Numbered from the stretch's first letter, positions 18,499 to 25,929 are shown. The stretch is DNA of 36,773 bases from Chloroflexota bacterium (GCA_030691665.1 JAUYDU010000370.1:1-36773); one strand, 5' to 3'. Notes: generated from the letters alone by a model not told the origin. Numbers and translations: made by a program.

Positions 18499-19754
18499 CA
18501 CGCTCTCCTGAAGGCCAGCCGCCAGCGCCGGCGCCGGCCTGCGCCTGCCCGCACCGCTGCTTCTCGACCGGCCAGTGCCGACGCGAGTCGGCGCAGCTCG
18601 CGCGCAGCGCCGCCGCCGACGGCCGTGAGCGGCACCTGTTCCCCCACCGCCCGCCCCGCCGCCTTGCGGTCCTCCGGCAGGGCCGCCAGGACGGGCGCGC
18701 CCAGGGCCCGCTCCACCTCCTCCGCGTCGTAGTGCTCGCGGCCCTCCCGCCGCTTGAGCACAATGCCGATAGCCTCTCCCTCGACGCCCAGGCCCTCGCG
18801 CAGGTAGCGCAGAGCGGCGCGGGCGTTCCATACCGCCACCAGGTCCGCTTCGCTCACCACCAGGATGCGCTCAGCCTGCCGAAGGAGCGCATCCGTGGCG
18901 GGAGAGGCTGCTCCGGCGATGGCGCAGCCGGCGTCGACCACCACGTCGTCGAAGGCCGACCCCAGCGCGGCGGTGGCCGCTGTCATCACATCTGCTGAAA
19001 TGGCCGACCGCTGTTCGGCGCGCTCTATGCCGCCCAGGACCATGAAGCCGGGCCCTTCTTGGAGCTCCTCGTCCAGGCGCCCGGCCCACTCGTTGGGCGA
19101 GGCGTCCTTCCCGTAGGCCAGGGCAAATAGCCCTCGCTGCGGGTCCAGATCCAGATAGGCCCCCACATTCCCGCCCCAGGGGTCGGCGTCCACCAGGACG
19201 ACCTCCCGTCGCCGCTCGGCCAGAGCCGCTGCCAGGCCGATGGCCACCGTTGTCTTCCCCGGCGCCCCCTTCCCGCTCACCACCGCCATCAGCCGCCCCC
19301 GAGGGGCATCGCCGTCACCGCCGGGCAAAGACCCCTGCATTCCTGCGTCCTCTATCTGCGCCGAGGCCGCAGGGGCACTGTACACCGGACCCCGCCTCAC
19401 CGCCGCACGCAGGGCTGCCGTCACGTCAGACGCGCTGGCGCTGGCCGGCACCAGGTGCGCCAGCTCTCCGTAGCGCGACACGTCCTGCCCGTCGGCGATG
19501 AGCACCAGGGGCAGGCGGGCGTCTCGCACGGCCGTGAGGACCGCGGCTGACAGACGGTGCAGGTCGCTCGAGGCGAGGGCTACGTCGACATCGGCGCCGC
19601 CGGCGCGCTCGGCCAGGGAAGGGCCGTCCAGACAGCGGCCGGCCACCACCAGGCCGTCGCCCGGCAGGCCCTCCAGCAGCCGCCGCTCCCGCTCGGCGTT
19701 GCCCACCGCCAGGAGCACGCGTATCGAAGGCTGATCGTCACTGGACGATGACAT
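18498..19754 (-). CDS. tadZ: TadZ/CpaE (receiver-like N-domain + MinD/ParA-type ATPase)
   Basis: Deviant Walker A VVSGKGAPGKTT, preceded by a receiver-like domain (IRVLLAVGNAERERRLL...). Confidence 0.8.
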   Translation of the reverse strand: MSSSSDDQPSIRVLLAVGNAERERRLLEGLPGDGLVVAGRCLDGPSLAERAGGADVDVALASSDLHRLSAAVLTAVRDARLPLVLIADGQDVSRYGELAHLVPASASASDVTAALRAAVRRGPVYSAPAASAQIEDAGMQGSLPGGDGDAPRGRLMAVVSGKGAPGKTTVAIGLAAALAERRREVVLVDADPWGGNVGAYLDLDPQRGLFALAYGKDASPNEWAGRLDEELQEGPGFMVLGGIERAEQRSAISADVMTAATAALGSAFDDVVVDAGCAIAGAASPATDALLRQAERILVVSEADLVAVWNARAALRYLREGLGVEGEAIGIVLKRREGREHYDAEEVERALGAPVLAALPEDRKAAGRAVGEQVPLTAVGGGAARELRRLASALAGREAAVRAGAGRRRRWRLAFRRA

Positions 19755-19773
19755 CGTGTCATCACCTATAGGC

Positions 19774-20472
19774 TTAAGGGACCGCAGCCTGAGAAGAGGC
19801 CTCCGCCGGGGGCAGGAGGGCCAGGGTGATGTCCCAGTTGACGGTAGCGTGAGCGACTCGCTCGGCCTCCGAGCGAGGCACCAGCAAGGTGACGTTGGTC
19901 AGCCCCCGCTCCTCCTCTGTCTGCCCGCGGGAGCCAAGGGCGATGGATCCCGGCTCGAGGGAGACGTCGTAGACCACGGCCCGATCCAGTAGGGTGACCG
20001 TCTGGCTGTCGGGCTTCCCCTTGTCCCGCGTGGCCAGCACCGCCACGCCGTCGCCCGGGCGCAGTCCGGCGTAGACCGCGTCCGCCTCGACGGGCACCGT
20101 CATCGCCACCTCGTCGGCGCCGATCACCGGGCCGGAGGCCAGATCGGGCCAGACCAGCATCTCCCCAGCATGTACCGGACCCGCCGTCGCCTGCCCTACC
20201 GCGTCGTTCAGTCGGGCATCGGGGATGGCGAGCGAGGCGAGGCCGTCCTCCAGGCGTACCCGTGCCACCGCAAGGTCGTCGTTCTGGATCACGTGGCCAG
20301 CCGGGATCTCCCGGCTGGCCACCAGCACCGGCACGGTCTCGCGGGTTGAGCCCCAGAAGAGGAGCCCGCCGCCCACCGAGGCGACCACCAGGACCAGGCC
20401 CAGCAGCATACGGCCGTCGACCTTTCCCAGGCCTGCCAGCCGAAACCGCCGCCGAGCCGTGATGGTCGCCAT
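19774..20472 (-). CDS. cpaB: CpaB/RcpC-like Flp pilus assembly protein (SAF domain)
   Basis: ATG at 20472 with GGGAGGG upstream. N-terminal TM (MLLGLVLVVASVGGGLLFW), then the SAF-type segment VPVLVASREIPAGHVIQNDDLAVARV. Confidence 0.75.
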   Translation of the reverse strand: MATITARRRFRLAGLGKVDGRMLLGLVLVVASVGGGLLFWGSTRETVPVLVASREIPAGHVIQNDDLAVARVRLEDGLASLAIPDARLNDAVGQATAGPVHAGEMLVWPDLASGPVIGADEVAMTVPVEADAVYAGLRPGDGVAVLATRDKGKPDSQTVTLLDRAVVYDVSLEPGSIALGSRGQTEEERGLTNVTLLVPRSEAERVAHATVNWDITLALLPPAEASSQAAVP

Positions 20473-20539
20473 GGCCCTCCCTGCCAGCCTGGATATGGAA
20501 AGCGAGAGGCTTCCCTCTGTGCCGAGCAAAGGGTGCCAC

Positions 20540-20776
20540 TGATGATAAACGGTAAAGCGAGGATTGTCAACCCTTGTGAACGAAATTTAATGAAATGTTT
20601 TCGGCACCGGCTTTTTGCGATACACTGAGATCGATGCTGTTGAGCATCAAGAGCTGGCTGAGCGGAGCCAGCCACGACGGCGCGCCCAACGGCGAGATCG
20701 GGTCTCCGCTCCCCGACCCCGAGGGAGCTAGCCCGCCTCGCCGGATCGCCGGGCGCACAAAGGGGGGAACAGAACT
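20540..20776. promoter_or_regulatory. divergent control region between the Tad operon and the EspR-like gene
   Basis: The only AT-rich stretch in this part of the window. It contains the direct repeat TTGTCAAC (20564-20571) / TTGTGAAC (20574-20581). No convincing -10 could be paired by eye. Confidence 0.35.
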
Positions 20777-21184
20777 ATGAGCACCACCCTGACAGAGAAG
20801 GTGGACCGCCTGTTCCGCACCTACCCCAGTCCCCGCGGGCGGGAGTACACCTACCGGGAGGTTGCTTCAGCCATATCCCAGCAGGACAGCGTCACCTTCT
20901 CGCCGGCCTACCTCTGGCAGTTGCGGACCGGCGTGAAGGACAATCCCACCATGCGCCACCTGCAGGCCCTGGCCCGCTTCTTCGACGTGTCGCCGGCCTA
21001 CTTCTTCGACGAGGAGCTCACGGAGTTCCCCGACGTGGAGGTGCGCCTCCTGGCGGCATCCAGAAGGGAGACGCTCCGCCGGATGGCCGTGACCCTGCTG
21101 GGCCTCAGCGACGAGAGCTTGAACGCCGTCCTCACGCTGGCCTGCCGGATGCGGCAACTCGAGGCCCTGCCATCGCCGGACTAG
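20777..21184 (+). CDS. EspR-like HTH (XRE-superfamily) transcriptional regulator
   Basis: MSTTLTEKVDRLFRTYPSPRGREYTYREVASAI...SPAYLWQLRTGVKDNPTMRHLQALARFFDVSPAYFFDEE follows, as I recall it, the N-terminal pattern of mycobacterial EspR (STT..RL.RLF....P..R..T..EV...YL.QLR.G...NP...ALA.FF...AYF.D). Confidence 0.7.
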   Translation: MSTTLTEKVDRLFRTYPSPRGREYTYREVASAISQQDSVTFSPAYLWQLRTGVKDNPTMRHLQALARFFDVSPAYFFDEELTEFPDVEVRLLAASRRETLRRMAVTLLGLSDESLNAVLTLACRMRQLEALPSPD

Positions 21185-21200
21185 CCGCCGCGCCTGGCCG

Positions 21201-21230
21201 ACCGCTGCCTAACCGCTGCCTAACCGCTGC
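21201..21230. repeat. 11-bp tandem repeat accgctgccta x2.7 at the truncation point of the integrase stub
   Basis: accgctgccta (21201-21211), accgctgccta (21212-21222), accgctgc (21223-21230). Confidence 0.8.
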
Positions 21231-21530
21231 GACCTCCACACCGTACAGCGCATGCTCGGCCACCACAACGTCGCCACGACCACCCGGTACCTCCACCTCC
21301 TCCTCAGCGACATGCAGGAGAAGATGCGGACCTTCAGCCCGATGGACAACATGACCCTAAGAAGCGAGAGGGAAGGGAAGAAGCCGGGGGGAACCTGGGA
21401 CCAGGCCGATGGCGGTCAGGTGAACAGTCGACTCATTGACACGCCCTGGACACCCGCAACATCGCCAAGTATGCCCACTGCCGCTCTTCGCAGTATAATT
21501 CCTCGCAGAGGCATATCACATGGTGCGTGA
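21213..21530 (+). pseudogene. 3'-terminal stub of a tyrosine recombinase/integrase
   Basis: The frame reads ..CDLHTVQRMLGHHNVATTTRYLHLLLSDMQEKM.. (about 21228-21350). This is the LGH...TT..Y.H box carrying the catalytic Tyr. Everything N-terminal to it (Arg-His-Arg catalytic residues, core-binding domain) is absent, with an in-frame stop at 21210. Confidence 0.7.
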
Positions 21531-22407
21531 AAGGCTCCTCTTCAAGACGTTCAAGGATCTTCGGCTGCGAGCTTCGAACGCACAATCGCATGTCGATCTC
21601 ATTCTGAACCTTGAGTCACTAGATCGCCACAAAGATCTCTTGGGGGCCCCGTCAACCGGCGTCGAGAGACGGCTTCTACTGACGGGCCTAGCCAATGTCT
21701 ACGGGATGGCGACGCACCTGAGGAAAGCCCTTCGGATTGGTTGGAAAGCCGGCATTGGTGCGATCCACTTTAACTCGACTGAAACGCTAATCATCGACCG
21801 TCAAGATGTTTGGCAGTGGGGGACAGGAGAGAGCCGAGCTCTTCCTGTTACAGGGAATCCGCATTCCGCCGTGCGTTCCTTTGACGCCATGTGGAACTAC
21901 TGGCGCTCCGTGAAGAGAATCGAGCCGGTGACCCAGGAACTGAAGCCATCCGCGCAGCTCCTCAAGGTGTCCTCGCATCAGTGGGATCAAATCGTTGCGA
22001 GTCTCAGTAAGAACCCTGGACTGCTTCATGTCATGTCGCCGAGAAGGTTTGAGGAATTGGTTGCAGAGCTACTTGAGCGAGAAGGCCTGCGGGTCAAGCT
22101 CACGCCGCCGCAGCGCGACGGTGGATTCGATATTTTGGCCTTTCTCAATACACCTTTAGGCGAGCATCTCTACTTGGTTGAGTGTAAACGTTGGGCGCCT
22201 CACCGAAGAGTTGATGTGACGATAGTACGTCAACTTCTCGGGGTGCTTCACCGCGATGAGGCTACGGCGGCCATGCTCGTTACTACATCGTCCTTCACCG
22301 TCGACGCTCGAAGGGAGGCGGATATCTTCCGGTATCGGCTATCCCTGAAGGGCTATGACGATCTGGTCAGGTGGCTCAGACTGCAACCGACTGGGCACAC
22401 CAAGTGA
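21520..22407 (+). CDS. Mrr-type (PD-(D/E)xK) restriction endonuclease domain protein with uncharacterised ~170-aa N-terminal domain
   Basis: C-terminus MSPRRFEELVAELLEREGLRVKLTPPQRDGGFDILAF...LYLVECKRW...VRQLLGV...AMLVTTSSFT is the Mrr_cat pattern (D...ECK). GC content is visibly lower than the flanks. Confidence 0.75.
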   Translation: MVRERLLFKTFKDLRLRASNAQSHVDLILNLESLDRHKDLLGAPSTGVERRLLLTGLANVYGMATHLRKALRIGWKAGIGAIHFNSTETLIIDRQDVWQWGTGESRALPVTGNPHSAVRSFDAMWNYWRSVKRIEPVTQELKPSAQLLKVSSHQWDQIVASLSKNPGLLHVMSPRRFEELVAELLEREGLRVKLTPPQRDGGFDILAFLNTPLGEHLYLVECKRWAPHRRVDVTIVRQLLGVLHRDEATAAMLVTTSSFTVDARREADIFRYRLSLKGYDDLVRWLRLQPTGHTK

Positions 22408-22657
22408 TAGAACTCCCTCTCGGCTGACTAGTGTCCTCTTGGGCTCAACGAACAAATTCAGGGCTGCCCGTCTCCACCCCTATCTGCCAGATTCACCCTG
22501 TCAGCAATCGTAAAGAGGGCAGTAATTACATGGCTGCTGGAGTTACCTAGGACAGTTTACGGAGAGCCTCCCTGGTGCCGCCCTGCAGCAGGACAGTTCG
22601 TTTCTCGCGATCCAAGGCAAGGAGAGCAATCCTTACTCCATAGACGAAGGGCGTCAT

Positions 22658-22884
22658 ATGGCGAAACCGAGATTACAGGCAAGGGACAGGTCACCATCCC
22701 CAAGGACGTGCGAGAGCGCCTCGGGCTCCGGCCGGGCGACGAGATCGAGTTCGTCGAGGATCGAGCGGGGTTCCGCGTCCAGAAGCGGGTGCTGGCCTCT
22801 CCCTTCAAGAAGTACCGCGGTTACGTGAAGGAGCTGGCGGGATGTGATCCTGACGAGCTCCTGGACTACATGCGGGGTAGATAG
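22658..22884 (+). pseudogene. AbrB/SpoVT/MazE-type antitoxin with a 1-nt frameshift after codon 4
   Basis: ATG GCG AAA CCG at 22658 is in frame 2. From 22672 frame 1 reads ITGKGQVTIPKDVRERLGLRPGDEIEFVEDRAGFRVQKRVLASPFKKYRGYVKELAGCDPDELLDYMRGR*. Restoring one base gives the canonical MAKP.ITGKGQVTIPK start. No cognate PIN toxin follows. Confidence 0.6.
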
Positions 22885-22886
22885 GC

Positions 22887-23078
22887 GCCGCCGTCGATAC
22901 CGTCCTCGAGGCCTGGCGCATCGACGACCAGTGGTGGCGCCTGCGGCCGGTGAGCCGGATGTATTACTCGCTCTCGTTAGAGGATGGGCGGGTAATGACG
23001 ATGTATCACGATCTCGTGAGCGGCGGATGGGCAAAGCAGGCCTATAGCAGTAAGTACCGCGGAGGCACGGATCAATGA
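22887..23078 (+). pseudogene. start-less fragment of a small conserved protein (WRIDDxWWR motif)
   Basis: The frame reads AAVDTVLEAWRIDDQWWRLRPVSRMYYSLSLEDGRVMTMYHDLVSGGWAKQAY with no start codon after the stop at 22878. From memory this resembles the C-terminal half of a DUF-type protein often found near Y-family polymerase/mutasome genes. Unverified. Confidence 0.3.
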
Positions 23079-23515
23079 AGATATTGGTCTTCACTGAGGG
23101 AACCGCCACCAAACATCCGTCCCAGGAGCACTTTTTCGATGTCGCCTCTTTCGTTCCTACTGAGGGTACGGTCGAAAAGCTCACGATGTGGCGGGCACAA
23201 GGCGCTGAGATTTCCTACCTGACTTCGCAGCGTTGGAATGACAACCCCCAGGCGGTTGAGGCCACGCTGCGACGGTTCAACTTCCCAGCCGGGGAGCTCT
23301 ATTACCGCAGAGAGGGCGAGGACTATGTGGACGTGGTGAGACGGGTGTGCCCCGAGGTGTTGATTGAGGACGATTGCAGGAGCATCGGTTGGGAGGAAGT
23401 GATCACACCCAAGCTCAAGGCCGAGTGGGGGATCAAGGGCATCATTGTTCAGGAGTTCGGCGGTCTGGCGCAGTTGCCGGATGGCCATCAGGAACTGCTG
23501 AGAATGGCCTCGTGA
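23075..23515 (+). CDS. hypothetical protein (146 aa)
   Basis: Clean ORF MKILVFTEGTATKHP...VLIEDDCRSIG... with a faint HAD-like flavour, but the first catalytic Asp motif is absent. No confident family assignment. Confidence 0.5.
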   Translation: MKILVFTEGTATKHPSQEHFFDVASFVPTEGTVEKLTMWRAQGAEISYLTSQRWNDNPQAVEATLRRFNFPAGELYYRREGEDYVDVVRRVCPEVLIEDDCRSIGWEEVITPKLKAEWGIKGIIVQEFGGLAQLPDGHQELLRMAS

Positions 23516-23516
23516 G

Positions 23517-23859
23517 ATGCCCTACGCCGAGCTTGCCGCCCACTTCCCCGAACAAGGGGAACTGGACCGCTTTCTAGCCGACACCGGCCTTCGACTGGAG
23601 CCCTCGAGCGCCGAAGCCCTCTATGGCGGGAAGGGCCTGGACCGACTACGTCCGTCGCCGTCCCGCGCGCCCGGCCTGTCCCCAGTGCGGTATCGCCCAG
23701 GACGTGCGCTGCTCCAGCTGCGATGCCAGCATCCAGCCTCGACAGCACGTACTCAGCGACTTCGTCATCGGAGCCCACGCCCTCGTGCAGGCCGACAGGC
23801 TGCTGACCAGGGACAGGGGATACTACGCCACCTACGTCCCCGAGCTGAAGCTGGGCTGA
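23517..23859 (+). pseudogene. PIN-domain (VapC-like) toxin remnant with zinc-ribbon insert, frameshifted and lacking the N-terminal catalytic Asp
   Basis: Frame 0 (23517) reads MPYAELAAHF...[11 protein letters not shown]. Frame 1 (from ~23623) continues (A)[18 protein letters not shown]...CSSCD...[39 protein letters not shown], the C-terminal PIN signature. Confidence 0.5.
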
Positions 23860-24345
23860 GTGAGCAGCACCGGATACAGGGGAGAAGGTGCAGTGAAGGC
23901 GAATGCTAGACCGAGGAACGCAACTGACGGGAGAAGGTGGGAAGTAGGGAACCACCTATTCACCGTCCTCAAACCAAGCACCTTATCCTCTCCAGGGTGA
24001 CACTCCAGCCCCAGGAAAGCCGAGGGCAACACGTTGCCTGGCAAGCTACTCACCGTCCTTCTCTCCCAACACTACCGTGGCGTCGCGTGTACACACCCCG
24101 TTACCCTTCCCCTTCGTCACAGTTGGACCTTCTCGATTAACTCAAGATGTAAATATAGCCACGGTCATATTTTTCTCCAACGCCGCTCCAACTGCGCCCG
24201 GCGTCGTCCCTGCCCTTACTCCCCAATCCCGGCGCTGCCCTGTGCATCGCCGCAGAGGGGCGCCGTGTCGGCCTGAATCGACCGCACCCATCGTTTCGCG
24301 AGTCGTCATACTCTGGGCGCTCTCTTGCACGGGCCGCCGCCAAAA

Positions 24346-24404
24346 TTGGAGTATATCCTCGCCAATTGGACTGCGCCCGCCGGATTCTTGGACTCGATTT
24401 GGAC
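24346..24404 (+). promoter_or_regulatory. four phased TTGGA(C/G) direct repeats
   Basis: TTGGA starts at 24346, 24366, 24388 and 24399 (aATTGGAGt, aATTGGACTGc, cTTGGACTCg, tTTGGACCTc). Spacings are 20, 22 and 11 bp. Same core as the tadA-tadB spacer repeats. Confidence 0.5.
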
Positions 24405-24847
24405 CTCCCAGCGGTAGGCTTGGCCCCGTAAGAAGCGCGTTTAGTCGGTACCGCCAATCGAAGAACCGACAGGACGGCCCGTCCGAGACCTTGGCCGGAT
24501 CAACCCGAAAGGGGAACGAGCTTGCTCTCCAGACTAGGGGCTGAACAGGGCAAGAGGATCAAGCAACAGGGCTGGCAAGAGGCCAGGATTCACGAAGGGA
24601 GGTGCGAACGAACAGGAAGCTGACACGAGACTCCACAGCCGAACCAGACGCCGTAGTCAGAGAAGGGAGGCGACCGAAGCCGAGAGACGACTCGTTCGAG
24701 TCCGACTGACAAGCCGGCGAAGAGCCGCTCCCAATAGAACGACGCACGGGCACCAGCGATTCGGCGAAATGAGGCCTCCTCGCGTCGGTCCGACCGAGAG
24801 CAACGGGTCTCGCCTGTAGCCTGAGCTGCCCGCTGTCCGTCAAGCAG

Positions 24848-24885
24848 AAGCCCCACCGGGGTTAGTCCCCAGCGGGGCTTTTTGC
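24848..24885 (+). terminator. intrinsic terminator
   Basis: aagccccaccgggg-ttagt-ccccagcggggctt forms a GC-rich interrupted ~12-bp stem, followed by a T-run (ttttt, 24879-24883). Confidence 0.7.
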
Positions 24886-24910
24886 GTTTCATGTCGAAAG
24901 GAGATCCGTC

Positions 24911-25033
24911 GTGCGATCCAGAAGCGATCGTTGGCGGAACGGGCGAGGCTCGCGGGGAGCCGCCCGCGCCGCGACCATGCTGAGCGCCGCTGCCTTCCTG
25001 GCGGCGCTTCTGTTCAAGGCCTGGCCATTCTAG
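24911..25033 (+). CDS. possible 40-aa peptide (basic N-terminus, hydrophobic C-terminus)
   Basis: GTG preceded by AAAGGAG at 7 nt. MRSRSDRWRNGRGSRGAARAATMLSAAAFLAALLFKAWPF. Third-codon positions are mostly G/C. Too short for the ORF track. Confidence 0.3.
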   Translation: MRSRSDRWRNGRGSRGAARAATMLSAAAFLAALLFKAWPF

Positions 25034-25054
25034 AGGTCGTAAAGGAGGAACACC

Positions 25055-25333
25055 GTGCAACTCGATACCGTATCCCGCCGCGAACTGTGCTGCCTCTCCA
25101 TGTGGGGCAAGCTGAAGCTGGCGGCAGAGCGCATCGACCCGTCCGAGTACCGGGACGTCGCCCTGGCCCTGGTGGCCATGGACGTGCCCGTGGGTCAGGT
25201 GAAGCGTCTGGGCATGGCCATCCTGGCCCAACGAGGCGAGGAGGGCCAGCGTTACTTCATGGGCGAGTACGCTGACCTCGTCTGGGACAGCCTGCGGGAC
25301 GAGCTGACGTCGGCCGGGGTGAAAGCGGCGTGA
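25055..25333 (+). CDS. hypothetical protein (92 aa)
   Basis: GTG start with AAAGGAGG 6 nt upstream. High GC3 frame. No recognisable motif. Confidence 0.6.
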   Translation: MQLDTVSRRELCCLSMWGKLKLAAERIDPSEYRDVALALVAMDVPVGQVKRLGMAILAQRGEEGQRYFMGEYADLVWDSLRDELTSAGVKAA

Positions 25334-25929
25334 GACGCAGGAGAAGGACTCGATCGAGGGCGTGGAAGGCCGTCCGCCGTTGGGGCTCCAGTGCGTGCCG
25401 GATGTGCCGCTGCGCGATCGTCGCCTGCTGCAACGCGCTGGCCCGTCGGCTCCGGACGCGCGGCCCGGCTGTCATCGTCGACAGCCGGCGTCGGCAGGCG
25501 CGGCGCCTGCGTCGAGAGGTGGCACGAGCTGCGCGGACCTACGCGCGAGCCCTTGGGACGGAACTGCCGCAGGGACTGCTGGTGGTGATCCAGCGAGTAG
25601 TCTACGACGGCCGGCAGCTCAACGGGCTGCTGCAGGCGTTCGACGGAGCCAGCGGGAACCGACGCTACGTGGTGCACCTGGCGCTGTCCGTGAACGGCCG
25701 ACAGGTGGGCGACGACGAGCTTGTGGCGGCCCTGCGTCACCAGCTGACCCGCGCTCTGGAGGACATCGTCGGCAAGCCCGCCCTGAACGTCCCGCTGGAC
25801 CTGGAAGTGCCGCGGGTGCGGGCAGGAGCGCCCATCGTGGAGCTGCGGCCCGAAGCGCGGGAGGGACACGACGGGCAGGAGCGTCGTGCCATGCCCTTCC
25901 AACGGATCGAAGACGACCAGGCTTCATAG
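25330..25929 (+). CDS. hypothetical protein (199 aa), Arg-rich N-terminus with Cys cluster
   Basis: GTGA overlap with the preceding gene. High GC3 in this frame, whereas the competing ORF 25362..25955 is Pro/Arg/Gly junk. Contains CRMCRCAIVACC and a globular-looking body LLVVIQRVVYDGRQLNGLLQAFDG.... Exact start is uncertain. Confidence 0.55.
   Translation: MRRRRRTRSRAWKAVRRWGSSACRMCRCAIVACCNALARRLRTRGPAVIVDSRRRQARRLRREVARAARTYARALGTELPQGLLVVIQRVVYDGRQLNGLLQAFDGASGNRRYVVHLALSVNGRQVGDDELVAALRHQLTRALEDIVGKPALNVPLDLEVPRVRAGAPIVELRPEAREGHDGQERRAMPFQRIEDDQAS

Noticed and set aside
17489-20539. Large ORFs overlapping tadA, tadZ and cpaB (17489..18511, 17527..18732, 17828..18763, 19766..20539)
   Set aside because: They compete with unmistakable ATPase and SAF-domain frames, and their translations are Arg/Gly/Pro runs.
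24537-24860. tmRNA: GGGGCTGA at 24537 and AGCCCC-A-CC at ~24849, about 320 nt apart, mimic the paired ends of ssrA
   Set aside because: There is no T-arm (GGTTCGAnTCC) before the 3' strand and no tag-peptide reading frame ending in ..AA-stop. The 3' match is simply the ascending arm of the terminator hairpin.
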